A stretch of DNA of 64,000 bases from Ramazzottius varieornatus (GCA_001949185.1 BDGG01000002.1:2725826-2789825), one strand, 5' to 3'. Shown: positions 26,689 through 40,280, numbered from the stretch's first letter. Made by a program: numbers and translations. The notes: generated by a model not told the origin, from the letters alone.

Positions 26689-29600
26689 ATGGCTGCCAAC
26701 GATAGCCGGTCGCTCGCGAACCAAAGAATACCGATGGCTAATCATTCGAGAACTTTGTCATCGTACGACCATCCTCACTGGAACCAGTTTTATGAGAATG
26801 GCGATTTACCGGCTCCTCCCTGGGTAAGACAAGGAGTTCGAAAGTGATTTTTGCCCGAACATCCGAAAACAACGTGGCGGACACGTGTGGGACTTGCTGT
26901 CTTTGGTGCGGTGTACTCCCGAATCATGATCAACTCTACTGTTGAATTACTCGCTTTCTTTGCAGATGCATATGGCAACGGGAGTCTACGTAATAATCGT
27001 CACTCTCTCGGGAACCATCGGCAATTCGGTGCTTCTTCTCGCTTTCATAGGGTAAGGAGTTCTCCCACATAGACTGTACGACCGGTCAACTTGAAGGCGG
27101 CCACTGTTCTTACGCTAAACCTCATCAGTTCAAAAGCAACATCAGTCCAACATTGATTGATCTTTTTGAATGTGTTGAGTTCATAACTAGTAATTCATGA
27201 ATTCGTCACGGCGCAGACACAAAGGCAATGGTCTAGGGCTGCAGCTAGAGAGGGGATAAGTGTGATTTACCGAAATTTACCGAAACCAAATCGAACTTTT
27301 CGTTCGATTTGGTATGACAAGTTACCAAAACCGAAACTATCCATGTGAGCTTCGCACCGAAAAATCGATTTCATTTTGGTATGCGTTCGCACCAAACCGA
27401 TACCAAATCGAAATTTCTCGGTAAATCGAAACATACCGAAAGCGCCCAGAAAGATGACAGTTTCACTAATTTTTCAGCGATCTCAATAAAGTTTTCGAAG
27501 TACAAACTGTATTTCTGTCAGCTAGTCAGACAGCCGGCCATCCAGTGGAGGAGAGCGTCTCAACATCGAATGATATGGTTGTCCGTTTTGCTCCAGTGGC
27601 ATCTGGGTTTTTCCGTTAATGTTATTGATTTACTGATTTTTCGGTGTGACTTGGTTTGGTAACTCGAACTTTTGATGCCGCAACTTACCAAATCGGAAAT
27701 ACCGGTGTGGGCTTTGTACCGAAATTTTCGATTCGGTGCGAGAATTTACCAAATCGAAATATACCAAACCGAACTTAATCGCACTTATCCCATCTCTAGT
27801 TACAGCCGCTTGTGCAGTCCCCGCGCTCGAAATGTATACACGTACGACGAGAAATTATGGCCCGGGCGGAAAAGACGGCAAAATGGAAACTCGACTGCAG
27901 AAAATTGTCGAAAACTGTACCACTGTGAATGTTTCGCGCACGTACCTGCTTTCGTACCGCAGTAGCGAAAGACCTGGTGCTTTTCTACTGCCCATAATTT
28001 CTCGTCCTGCGTGTACGGTAAAACAAGCGACATCATAACGGCATTCATCTCACATTCTCTCGCTGCCACACCTGGACTAACGCCGGGAATATTCCCACCC
28101 AAAAATCAGGACCGGGAAAGTCTGCCTGGGATGACCGGGAACGCTAATTGGGGCGGGAATTTCCCTTAATACTAGTAATAAGTATCAAAAAAATGTAACG
28201 CGGATCACGAGTCGTTTCACCGACATCCAGGTCTCGAGAATGCGGTAGCGTTTACTGGCGTGACTGATATTTTTGCTTCTTCGCACTGATTCATATGGGG
28301 TCACGTGGCGTTCTCCTACATCGATGTATAAGGCCGTACGTCTGCCTTGATTGTTGATTCTAACTACACATTCTAAGCGTGCGCGAGACACCGTTCTACT
28401 TTACAGTGACTACAGCTCAGTTAATCCACAAACACATCACATCGTTGCGCTAATATGACATGGGGTAACGGCAGTTGCCGGACAACCCATGTGTTATGCT
28501 GCTACATGAAAAAAGCTGCGGGGTGGGTCGTCAGTGCCGTCACAGACAGTCATGTTCATACACGGTCCTAGGGTCGAACAGTGCTGAACCGTTCGCGGTG
28601 CTAAAGAATGAAAAATTCCATTATTCATTATTACATGAAGTGAACGGACCTCAGATGCTTTTCCGGTAAAATTTCCTTCTTTTTCTGATTTTCGCGGTCG
28701 ATTTTCTCAAAATCACGTTTGCATCACGCGTCATTTGTCGTTTCATCGTTTGTGTGATGAGTCAGGTGATTTGCTTTATTTTTTCCTGCTTTTCCATGTG
28801 AATGTCTTTTGGAGCAAATTTTGGAAAATTTTGGAAAAATACTCTGTCGGTTCGTCGTTTGAGTTCTAATTCTAGATTTGGGCCCTCTTTTGATTTAGAT
28901 GTCGCCAGATTTGGAAGTGAGATCCACACACTTACGCTCATACAAAATCTTGTTTCGGCTGAACGTGACTGCGGAACGATTATCAGGACTTTTAGCCTGT
29001 ATTTACCGTAGTGCTCGTGTCCGAAAACTCAAAAAAACTGTTTGAAAAAAAAATTCAAATTATTAATAGATCCTGGAATTACGGAATTACGTTCCCAGGC
29101 CAAGTCAGGCACTTAGCCCACTCCTGCTCGCTGCCCGCCCGCTTACCATAGATTCTTCTTTCACGTGAGCAATTTAGCCTCGTGCGCAAACTGCGTCTTG
29201 AAAAAGTAAATCTTTCATTACGAGGAAAAAATAGCTGACTTGTCAATGCAAAATCGCATGGCGAAGTTGTCAGCTTTCGGGCCGCGGTGGCGACACTTTC
29301 TATCGCCTTCCCCACCACAACTTCATGAAATGCGACACACACGCCCCTAGGGGCTCGTTAGAAAGTTTTCCCATGGCCTTTAGCATCGGACAAACTTCTC
29401 TTCCTGTTAGACCTGACAAGAGACTCCGTGTATCCTCCTTAGCTCTGGATCAGTAACTCGTACTGCTAGATTCCACAAGGTTTCTTGTGTCTGAAGAACC
29501 GAGAAGCAAGCAAAACGGCCCAGTACGTTATCAGATCCGACCCTGACAATTTCGCCATGCGATTTTGCATTGACAAGTCCGCTATGTTCACCTCTTATCC

Positions 29601-31091
29601 CTCCCTGTTCACAGAAGCCCATCGCTGCGATCGCCTTCCCACATGCTCGTTGCCAATCTGGCCTTTGCGGACTTTGGACTCAACTTCTTCGCATTCCCTC
29701 TTTTCGCCATTAGTTCCTTCAAAACCAAATGGGTTTTTGGGCAACTTGGTAGACCTTTTTGTCCTACAGTGCATTCAGCTGAAGCTAGTCCACTAATGAA
29801 ACTGGTCTTTCTCCAGGTTGCGACTATTATGTGGTGTCAGGCGGCTTCTTCGGCCTCCTAAGCATCCTAACCATGACCAGCATCTCGATCGACCGCTACT
29901 GTTCCATCACGAGATGGGCCACTTGGCATCTTTCTTACGCCCAAGTCTTCCGCTGGATCGCCGCTTTGTGGGTGATTGCATTCACCCTGATTATCCCGCC
30001 GCTATTCGGGTGGTCCCGGTACGTCATCGAAGGTATTCAAACTAGCTGTTCCTTCGACTGGCTGACTCAAGAGCCGGTCGAAAAGGCCTATGTCCTATAC
30101 CTGACAGTACTTGGCTTCTTCTTGCCACTCATCGTCATCTTCGTCTGCTACGTTCGCATCATCCGCTATGTGGTCCGCCATCGTCAAGTCATGAACACCG
30201 CGGGCTTTGTACGGGTTCACAGTTCACCGAGATTGGGCGAAATTGTGTTAAATTCAAACCAGTCGATCAACGTTTGCGGAGTAAGAGACGATACCAGAAA
30301 CAGTGCCACTCTAACCGGCAGTGAGTGCAATCCCTCTCAATACCTCAAAGCCCTTAGTAGGCATTCAAGTTTTCTCGAGTGTTTTCGTTAAATTTGCGAA
30401 TTATCCCTTTAGTTTATTCTGAAAAGAGTTTGGAGCAACGGCAAGTCATCCAAGACAACGATGTAAAGGCTGCTACGACCTGTGCTATCATTGTAGTCCT
30501 CTTCGTGCTAGCATGGGGTCCCTACACGGTGGTGGCACTCATCGGGATTTGGGGTGACCAAAGCCTGGTTACGCCCTACAGTAATGCTCTTCCTGTCCTC
30601 TTCTGTAAAACCAGCGCCGTCTACAATCCGGTAGTCTACGCTTTAATGAATAAACGCTTCCGTTCGGTCGTCTGGTCCTTCTTCCAGCACGGGTACAGCA
30701 GTGGAGACCAACGAACTTCGGGAAGCAGCTGTAACCCCCCCCCCCCCCCCGTNNNNNNNNNNNNNNNNNNNNNNNNNNNNNNNNNNNNNNNNNNNNNNNN
30801 NNCCCCCCCCCAGTGGTAACCAGATGCATGACAATACGATATCACGAAGGCCAAGGGCGAAAAGATTTGACTCCATTAACCGAAGCGAAGATGCATCATC
30901 TGAATGTGGCAGTGCAAAAACAAGTGTCGCTCACCGTACCACTGGTAACAAGTGTCGCCCACCGTACCACCGTCGCCATTCCCAAAAACTTGCATTCCGG
31001 GCACGAAGTTGTCATGTGCGAGTGGTCACCAGCTCCAGAAGAAGATTATACCGATGGGGACGGCGATGCGCATTTCCCTCAGCTACACTGA
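26689..31091 (+). CDS. Opsin, rhabdomeric-like; exons 26689-26823, 26966-27051, 29615-29748, 29817-30320, 30413-30730, 30814-31091
   Basis: N-terminal HPHW; GNSVLL...LRSPSHMLVANLAFAD; SIDRY; PPLFGWSRYVIEGIQTSCSFDW (E181 equivalent); AWGPY; retinal-binding Lys in LFCKTSAVYNPVVYALMNKRFR. Splice phases are consistent; an assembly gap falls in the last intron. Confidence 0.93.
27246..27798. mobile_element. hAT-like MITE with ACCGAA/TTCGGT repeats in opsin intron 2
   Basis: TIR TAGAGAGGGGATAAGTG / CACTTATCCCATCTCTA; flanks GCTGCAGC / GTTACAGC (6/8 match). Confidence 0.85.
27837..28015 (+). mobile_element. CACG-MITE family copy (opsin intron 2)
   Basis: TA-CACGTACGACGAGAAATTATGG ... CCATAATTTCTCGTCCTGCGTG-TA. 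Confidence 0.9.
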
Positions 31092-32779
31092 AGCGATATT
31101 GTTTACGAACGGAGCTGTTGTGTTTGTCTAGTACCTGGTGATCATAAGTGGTACTGTACTAGAAACCCTGGCGGTGGAATATTCTTCATGCAGAAACCTA
31201 GCGATTCCATTTTCCTCATCAGTTCAAATCCTTTCTCTTGAAACGGCGCCGTTTTTCGTGTGTCCAAGTGGGAAAGCTGAAAGGAGCTTTGCTGCTTATT
31301 GGAACATGTCGAAATTGGAACATATTGAAACATATCGAAATTTGGATTAATCATATGAGACATGAAAGTGAAAGATTTATATGGCTGGCGTATCGACTAA
31401 TGAATCAGATTAGACTAAGCTAAGCTGCTAAATGAGCCGTGACCGGTCTTCTGCTAACTGGCAATGGATCATCAAAATGTAGAACGATCAGCGCTTGCAA
31501 AAACTGTGACAGAACTTCTTAAACGATTTCTTCCTTTCCTACTTTCTACTTTCCATTCGTCCGTGATCGTTGTCCGATCAATCATGTATCCTTTTGCGTT
31601 TTGACAAGCGCGATGCCCTGATAATAAATGCTAACGGTTTTTGTGGGCGAAGGCCCCAAACTGACAGCTGATGCTTCGACTGATGTAAAGTCTCGGACAG
31701 TGGTCAGTCATGTCTGGCTGCAGTAACGAATCTTGAAGTTTTTTAATTTTCTGAGCAAGCACCTTTCACACATTGTCAGTTTCAACCTTGTCTACCCTTC
31801 TCCAGTTCCAGCCTCAAGACCAAAGTAAATGACGGCGTGTCTTGAAGCAAAGGAATGCTGAAAGTGGCAGTCTGACGCAGTCTCAATCTTGACCAGTCAA
31901 CAAACAAGTACCGTATGACGGTATGAAGTGTTCCTTTCACTGTACACAATTGTACGGAAGCTAATTTAGTGGAAGTTAACTTGATCAGGTACAGCTCAAG
32001 TATACCGGTAGCTGCCCAGCATCTCTAGCTCACGAGATACTGCAAGCAAGGCTGTAATATGGGCTGCATACTTTCTGCACGACAGCCTATCGAATCCAGA
32101 ATAATATGATGCTGATGATCAAGCGAAAGTCGAGCGAGATGGACAGGTATGGCAGGCAGTTCACATGACCATCAATCCGCTCTCTCGTGTATACCTGTAG
32201 CTCCGGCTCATTTGCATAAGGCCCGAAGAGTGCACAGCAAAAGTCTCGTTCTCTTCTCTTTCGTTGTTCCATTCTCAGTTCTGTATTCTTGTATTGAGCA
32301 AACAATGGTCTAGCTACTGTGCTACACGATTACCTCCTTGATATCCTGCCATCCGCATTGTATACCAAACGTTCTACTGGCTGCACTTGTCGCTCCAGAT
32401 ATCACTTGGCCGGAACGCCGGTAGCCAGTTTCACTTTATACTTGTCCAGCAAGTTAGACTTTCTCTTCTCGGAACCAGCGTACGTCCTTCAGTGTTGAAG
32501 CTTTGAGCTGTGATCTTCCGCTTTATCCACACCATAATTTTGATCTAATTAGCCTGACACGTTCAACGTCTTATTACCAGCTCTGCATTGACCCACATCA
32601 ATTATCCTGATTTATGTATCACTGGTGATGATCATTCTGCACTGACGTCAGCTGGACCAGGTTCCAAAGCGAACGTGCCAAGAACTCGCTTGAAGGCCAA
32701 AACTTGTGCGCGATGGAATTTTCCGCTGATTAATACTCTGGGATATTACCTTTTTCGCAGATTTCTTGAGTGTACGACG

Positions 32780-35700
32780 ATGGCTGGACGGTGGTGTGGG
32801 AATGTTGGAGTAACGCCGCCATGGTTATGGTTTTGCATAAGACGTAGCTGGACATTTATACCTTTATGGCTCTTCGTTTCCCTCTTCTTGTTTGCCTTTG
32901 TTAATGGTCAAATTCCAACTCCGCTACCTGACCAGCCGTCTCACCAGCAATCAAACGCGAACGGACAAGGTGAGATAATAAATACAGCGCCGCTAAACGC
33001 CACTAAAGCTGCTTAGAAAGATTGATTTGCATATCAAAAAGCAACATCGTTGTGTCATGAAACAACGCTGGCGAACTGTAGTAACTTGCCTGTGTTGATT
33101 CGAGCGGCGTCTATTTTTGTTGGCCTAACTGTACATCCACTAAGAATTCTCCATCAACACTAATTCCGTTTCGTAGTTTGAAGTAATTTTTTATATTCAT
33201 TTGTAAGCACTTCAGTCGACCTGAATCATAGAATAGATGTGAAACGTCATTCTTTCGTAGATGGACTTCCGGCGCATCTTCGGATAGCTTCGCCCGCAGA
33301 CGACAGAAACTCCATAGCTTTTCATATGAAGCCCCATCCACAAAATACGACAAAGATACCAATGATGTTCGAGCTGGGAAGCACCACCTTATTACCAGAC
33401 ATAGTATCACAACAGCATCCTCTGACCGTGACGGATAGAGTCGAGCTTCCGACCGGTTCCAAGGAGACCACTGCTGAGCCTGATCTGGCTTTACCCACTG
33501 ACACTGACCAGCTTACCACCTCCTCCACCGGTTTAGACAGCACTGATCTGTTCCCTGAATTCCTCCCATTGGATAACCGTACCCGTGATGCCTTGGTCAT
33601 TACGCGCACCGGTGGATTGGAGGATGACCTGACTGTCGGCAGTGGGGACGGTGAGATTCTCGATATGACAGGTTCCACAACGACCATAGCCGGTGATCTG
33701 CACGGACTCCGGCCATTACTCCTGTCGACCGGTAGTCCTGGCCTGCTTCATCACTTCACCACTTTGTCGCCTGATCGTGAAGCCAAAGTGGCGGAGGTCC
33801 GCACAAGCATGCCGACCACAAGCACGACCTCTGCTACCACTTATTACCATACCGGTAATGTAAACAAGACTCGGGGAACTACCGTTTCCGTGTATACCGT
33901 CCACTCCACCACATCCTCTCCCAAGTACCATCAAGGTACGTTTCCGCTAGTTGTGTAACGTAAACCAAGTCTATGGAAGATAATAGGCTGCTCGGAACAG
34001 TAACAAGGATTTACCTGCCGGAAGGATGGTAGTCTTGTTAACCACACATGTGCTATTTATACAGTGCCCAAAAAACTGGAGAGATCGTAGAGAGTTGGCG
34101 TTATCACCGTTTGGTTTTGCTGTAGAACTGCCGTCTCCAATAGTACACGCACGATGAGAAACTATGGCTCAGGCGGAAAAACGGCAAAATTTAAATTGAA
34201 TTGTAGAAAAGTGCCGAAAAGTAAGTTAGTGCGAATCAGTTGCGTACGTACGTACTTCGGTACCGCCGTAGCGAGAAAGCCTGGTCAATAACTCTAACTG
34301 GCACATAATATATCGTCGTGCGTGTACCCAAATCGTGACTGAGCGCGGAGGACGAAATTGATGACAATTTCCTTTCCAGATAACTTCACTGTGGAAACGG
34401 CAAACACAACCACGCGGTCGTCCATTGGTTTCTACCATTATCGCGAACCCAAGCTTGTCAGAGCAGAAGACGACCCTATCCCAGCCGAAAGTAACGTGGA
34501 TTTTATCACCCGGAAAACCAACTTCACATTATCGTCGCACAACTCTACAACGCGGTCTCCACTCTCGCGATTCTCAACCCACAGAAACTTCCCCTCAACA
34601 TCACATAGATTTGGCTCCACAACGCCATCAAGATTCAGCCCGACCACGCCACCTAGTATCAGGCAGACAACGGATCCTTTCGTCGAAAACATCCCATGGT
34701 CCTTCCCCATGCTTCCTGAAGGTCGGAACCTCGATAGCGACGCCATCGGTCTCGCTTTAAACAACGGCTCAGAATACGATACAGCACATAAATGGACTGC
34801 ATTTACCGTATCTCATAGCCAACTTCCACAGTTCCTACTGTCCACGATACCATCACTCATCAACTCCGCAACACTGCTGCCTCCCGTCAGTGACACGACC
34901 CAACGGAGCACCTCCACTGAAAGACATCACACGACTCACGCGAAGGCCAGACCGACCTTCCGTCATGTCAGTCTAGCAGCCACTACCCTTCCTCCTGTCG
35001 TGGACGAGTTTACCGTGGCATTGATGGAAACAGCGAGCTCGACGATGTCGACGGCAAAGACAGAAGAGCCTTCGTTGGTTGAAGTAGATGTCACACTGGG
35101 CACGACGACGCGGATGAGCACTACCGAGAAGACTGTGACAACGACGATGGCGGAAGTGTCGACAGACTGGACAACGAAGCCAAGTCGAGCACCGTCGCCT
35201 TTGTTGTATTGGAGTGAGAAGGCCGTGTCAGAAGGACCTGTCTTGTACACTGACGACATGGCCGACCAACCTTCGGAAACTCAACAGGTGAAACTTGTTC
35301 TTTTGTCAGGCTGTCAGCTTCATGACAAGGTTACTCACTTGATCTTTGAATTACAGGAACTTCTTCGCGAGTCTACCAGAAACATATCCCGCGAGGTGTT
35401 GGACAATATCGTCACAGTCATCATGAAGACTTCGGCCACTTCCCAGCAGGTTCGGCGGAGCGTTTTATCTAATGCGGGAAAAAAATAATGGCCGTACTAG
35501 TTTGGTGTGAATTCTAGGACTATCGATTCGATGATGCCAACAAGAAGCTTCTGGCCCAGCTGGTCTTCTGGCCCTTGATCCACAACGTTTCAGCTCCTCC
35601 GGGAACCACCGCAGCGTCTCCTACCACCGTATCACACGCAGTAGGGCCCACTGCCATAGATCCGTTCGCGTACTACTTTGCGAGAACCACGCCGTCGCCG

Positions 35701-36578
35701 ACTGCAGCGACCTCTTCCGCACCAGCTCTCCCTATGCTACATTTCCTTGCTAAGACGCCAAAACTGATCGACGGTCTTTGGATCATTACGGCGTACTCCA
35801 CTTATAATCGAACTGAAAACAGTAAGTGGTGACTTGACGTCCCTTGTTCAGGACAGACTATATACTGAAGATGGGATTTCTTTTAGACATTATAAATGGC
35901 ACGACGTTGTTGGCTCTCTTCCGCGAAGCACAACTGAAACTAATGACAAAGGTACAAAAGCGGTCTTCGAACATGACAATATGACGTGACGAACTGTGTT
36001 ATTTGCAGATGGATTTGCAAGTGGTCAGTCTGTTCGGTGGTCTGCCCACAATGCCGTTAAACCTAACTGGGGGCGATGGGTGGCGAATGGGCGGTATGCC
36101 ACCCGACTATCACCCTTTATTCGAGCGTTTCTCTAATCTTTTTATCCCACTGATCGTGTTGGCCGCCGTCTGTGCTTTCGTTGCCATTATTACTGTGGTC
36201 TGTTTGGTGAAACGCTCTCACACGTTTTCAAGAGAACAGCTTGAATTTCAACAGAAAGAAAAGTTCCTTCGACCATGGGTAATTACAATCGAATTTTCCA
36301 TATTTCCCTATTACTCATTCGGATCACAAATTATCATTTTTTTTTCAATCCTGCAGGAAATTGGTGGAGTGGAGAACCCTATCGCCGACCATACGATGAT
36401 GGAATGTGAGAAGACATCAACGTTAAGGCCTTCATCATCGTCGAGAGCTACCGCGTCAGCTCCGAATGGTTCAGTAACGAAAGAGATGCGTCAGACAGAA
36501 AGCTGGGTAGTACCCATGGATCCTTCCACACGCCCACTGCCATCGATTCGGAGGGACGAAGAAGACACAAAGCTATAA
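32780..36578 (+). CDS. Type I transmembrane Ser/Thr-rich sialomucin-like protein with a podocalyxin/CD34-like cytoplasmic tail; about 8 exons
   Basis: Signal-like LWLFVSLFLFAFVNG; long S/T/P-rich exons (33261-33935, 34380-35287); TM LFIPLIVLAAVCAFVAIITVVCLV; tail ...GVENPIADH...ESWVVPMD...DEEDTKL-stop (class I PDZ ligand). Confidence 0.85.
34143..34327 (+). mobile_element. CACG-MITE family copy (mucin gene intron)
   Basis: GTACACGCACGATGAGAAACTATGG ... TCGTCGTGCGTGTAC. Confidence 0.9.
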
Positions 36579-36981
36579 TCCCACCATAGCTGCTATCAAT
36601 TTTGTTGATTTGAATTTTGCTCTTCCTTCTTACTTGTTGCCTTCTTATAAGTTAATCGTTTGGATAGACTTGTACATGATATCGCGACAATATCTGATAA
36701 ATAACTCTGGCGCAGCGATATTTGTACTGTGCGACATTTGGCTCTTTGAGGATCAGCGATTCAATGTATCACCTACGCGTCCGCCTCGACGTGCAACTGC
36801 TCCAAGATCTAGACGGTCTGCAGTAAGATAAGTGAGGGCAACATGTTCGTGGAACCCTGGTTGAATCGGCTGTCTGCGGATTTCCACGTTCGCTCGCATA
36901 CTGACTTTAGTTAATCCCGTAGTCTGCTGCGATTTTGTGTTCTTGAACTGAATTTGGCTCCATTGTGAGCACCACTTAAAC

Positions 36982-39863
36982 TCAAAACGAATATCTTCGA
37001 CGGTCCCCGGAATCTAGCTGAGTTGCCGACAAAATTACCCAGTCGAAGGTAAATCGACGATTGTATCGTACAATAGATCTACAACAACCAACGGACAATT
37101 CAGCATACGGTACTACCCACGATGGTCGAAACGGAAATATCACAAACCTACATTGCGGTGGAAACAACGAAGCTGCATACAGCATACAACGCAAGAACAC
37201 TTCCCACGATGATCACCGGTCTCCGGTCTATAAAGATAGCAACTAACTAACCTGGATGCCACGATATCCGTGCACTATTACTATGTTATCAGGGTCGTAC
37301 CACGAGATGTACACTCCTCCTTATCGCCTGAAAATCCACATCGGGGCTCATTGACCGGAACAATCCCATCAGGCCAATCGATTTCTTTCCCAAAAAGAAA
37401 CGTCCAACTTCGCTGTGCGCCATTGTGTAAGACAACATTCTGTAACAGGTGGATAAGCCAGCGGTTAGGTCGCTTTTCTGGTGGCATACGAAAGGTCTGT
37501 TTTCTCACTTGAAACTCGCCGGTGTCGTTGTTGAACTGCTTGAGCACATAGTTGGGTACTTTATGGCCTTTATTGTTGACGTAGATCTTTCCCGATGAAG
37601 AATTAAAAGTCTGGTTCATAAAGCTTCGGACGAAAGCTGCTCCATCCGCAGGATTATTAACTGGAAGCAGACTGGTCGTGTCGCTGATCTTCTGCGAGAA
37701 AAGTGCAACGTGAATCGAAATTAATGGATCATATGAAATTGCAATGGTTGCATACCTTCAGGATGATACTAGCGGCCTCGTAGAAGCTCAATATGTCGAC
37801 GGGAACCTGCACAGTGCAAAATTCAATATTTCTTTATCAAATCTACATCTCAGATGGGCGCACCTCCCCTTCCAAGATCGCATTTGTATGATCGCGTAGT
37901 GCATAAAGTAATTGCGTTTTCCGTTCGAAGGAGATGGCCTTTCGCAGGGCGGTCATATCGGCCGTTATGTAAAAAACCAGCCCAAATCCTCGTCGGGCAG
38001 CGTCATCGAACCCGTCGTTCAGCGCCCATCGGAAAGGTAAAAAGTTCGGAGGCTTCAAAATAGGTTGTAAGAAGAAAAACACCTGGCAAAGGTCGAAAAG
38101 AAATTCATGTGAATCCTCGCTTACTGTTTTCCCAAAGAGACTTGGTGCGGCAAGTGCTTACGTAGTCTCTCTTTGTCATGCCCATCGCAACGGCGTGAAT
38201 CTGAACAAAAGAGATCCAGAAGATGTTTAAGAAGTTATTGGGAAAACTCGACAAACACTCACCAAAACTGATCGTGTGACGGCAGGATCAGCAAGTACGA
38301 CAATGACTGCAAGCCAAGATGGATAAAGTGGTCTTCTCTCCGCAAAACACCGAATCGGATAAGTTCGTGCTTACTTCGGGAATTTTTCTGAGCTAGACTC
38401 AGAACGATATCGATATCACTGCCATTACTTTTGCTGCTATCAAAGGCGACCTCGTAAACGGAAAACGTGGGCGATATGAGAGTCTTTCGGAGAAACTCGT
38501 AAGCAAGCCGGTAGAATGCGATGACACGAGCGCTGTTATCATCAAACAGCAATGTGACCGTTGTCCAGTTGTAGTGTTGCAGAAACAGCTGGAGGAAGTC
38601 GGCCATGACGGAGTTTTCTAGGGGACACAGGGAGAGGGACGTGGGGTATTTGGACTTGTCAGCCAACGCAGGATTGCTTCCGCCACTGAAAATTGTGGAC
38701 CCGAATGTTCAAAGTGGCAAGGTTCCAGAGTGTCCAGAACTCATAGACTTACACATTGACTATCGGAACATTCCACACTACAGTAAAAGGAGAGATGGTT
38801 GAACGAACGATCTAGCTAGCACGCCGTACTCGAAAATTTTGTAGCAGCTATACTCACTGGCAGCCATTGAGGCCATGACCAATATGTCCGGTCCAACATC
38901 TGCAGTCAGGTAGTGTAGACACGCCTGGTCTAATTATCAGTCGGGACAAACATTATCGCCCAACGGCCGAAAGCGGCAGATGTCAGCCAAACAATAAACA
39001 GACCTACCAATTGCAGCGCTGTCGCTTTCGGCCGGTGGCCTTTATCTACATCCCGGCCGATAATTAGGCCAGGCTGGTATGCTGCAATATTACATTGGGT
39101 TTAAGGGAATCTATGATCTTCCCTTCCAGTTGTGGAAAACACAGATTTTTCCGTCAGGGATACCAAGATCCGCTAGGTGATGGTAGTGTGAGGTGCTTAG
39201 GTACTTAGCCAGCGAAAGCCATAAAGTTTTGGCGCGCGCCCTAGTATCAAAATTTGGAACCAATCTTATGGTTAGTTCAAAGGTTGGTCGGTTTCGGCAT
39301 CTTCCATACTTTCATACTGTATTTTGCGGAAATATGGATTATGGCGAGCGCCCATGCTTTATGGCTATCTCTTCCTAAGTGGTCTATGCATCTCACATAG
39401 ATTCCCTTAAATTTTAACCAGCGGAAGTCCTCAATTCGCTCTCCCCGGCTCGGCGACGTCTTGTTCCTGGACGTCGGCATTATTTCAGTCGAAGAAAGTG
39501 TTCAGGTAAACTGCGCTTAAACGATTGGAAGAAACCATATTTTTGCGCTTAGACGATATTTGCAATCTTACTGTTTGAAAGGAAGATGACGGTTGTACTG
39601 GCAGGGACCTTTCGGTAATAATCACGTGCAAGATTGTCGGCCACCGGCTGTTCCGTGAGTGCTCGGTTGATTGGCACCACTTGCATGCTGAGTCGTCTCC
39701 CATCATGTTCAAAGGAACTTCTAAAGTCCGACTGCATTATGGCCAGCTCGATTGCGGGGTAATAATACATATCGGTGGCCACCAGCACGATCACCAGCAG
39801 AAGGTCCAGCTGGGCTGTTCCGTTACCCATGTCGAAAAACTGCGACCAAATTTTCAAATACAA
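36982..39863 (-). CDS. Receptor-guanylyl-cyclase/NPR-type ectodomain + TM + short tail, no kinase-homology or cyclase domain (paralogue A); start codon uncertain
   Basis: YYYPAIELAI; WNVPIV; LADKSKYPT...FLQHYNWTTVTLLFD; FRWALNDGFDDAARRGF; MNQTFNSSSGKIYVNNKG; IDWPDGIVPVNEPRCGFSG...C; TM VIIVGSVLALYAVCSFVVSTAI; tail ends FDWVILSATQLDSGDRRRYSF-stop. No in-frame ATG upstream of 39830. Confidence 0.8.
38923..39074. mobile_element. Hairpin MITE of about 150 bp in an intron of receptor paralogue A
   Basis: GCCTGGTCTAATTATCAGTCGGGA...CGGCCGAAAGCG versus CGCTTTCGGCCG...TCCCGGCCGATAATTAGGCCAGGC. Confidence 0.75.
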
Positions 39864-40280
39864 AAGGACAAAATTCGGTGCTGCGCGAAAAGACCGTATG
39901 AATCTCTTCGAGCCCTATGCATTTATACTGAAGACAGACTCCTCCACGAGAGGGATCAAGATGAGACGTCGGCACTCTAATTTATAAGAAATGTATCAAA
40001 ACCGAAATCCACTAGTAGGTCATTGGGAGAGTTCCTTGTACCTAGACAAATGTCATCCCATGGTGGGTGCTTTTAGCTAATCAGATCGCTGAAAGATGGA
40101 GTAGAACTTCGTCTTGGTTGGCTGCAGCCGACGTCGTCGACGGGCAAAAATACGCATGTGCTGTGTCAATACAAGCGTGCAGTGTGGTGCGATGAAAACG
40201 CGTTACGCAGCCTGCTCAGTTAGTTCTTACACTATCCTGTGTTGTTCAATGAAGTACCCGGCGGCAGACAATTGTACACG

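Noticed and set aside
30569-31141. Poly-Pro/poly-Gly ORFs across the N gap
   Set aside because: They arise from C tracts and Ns within a predicted opsin intron.
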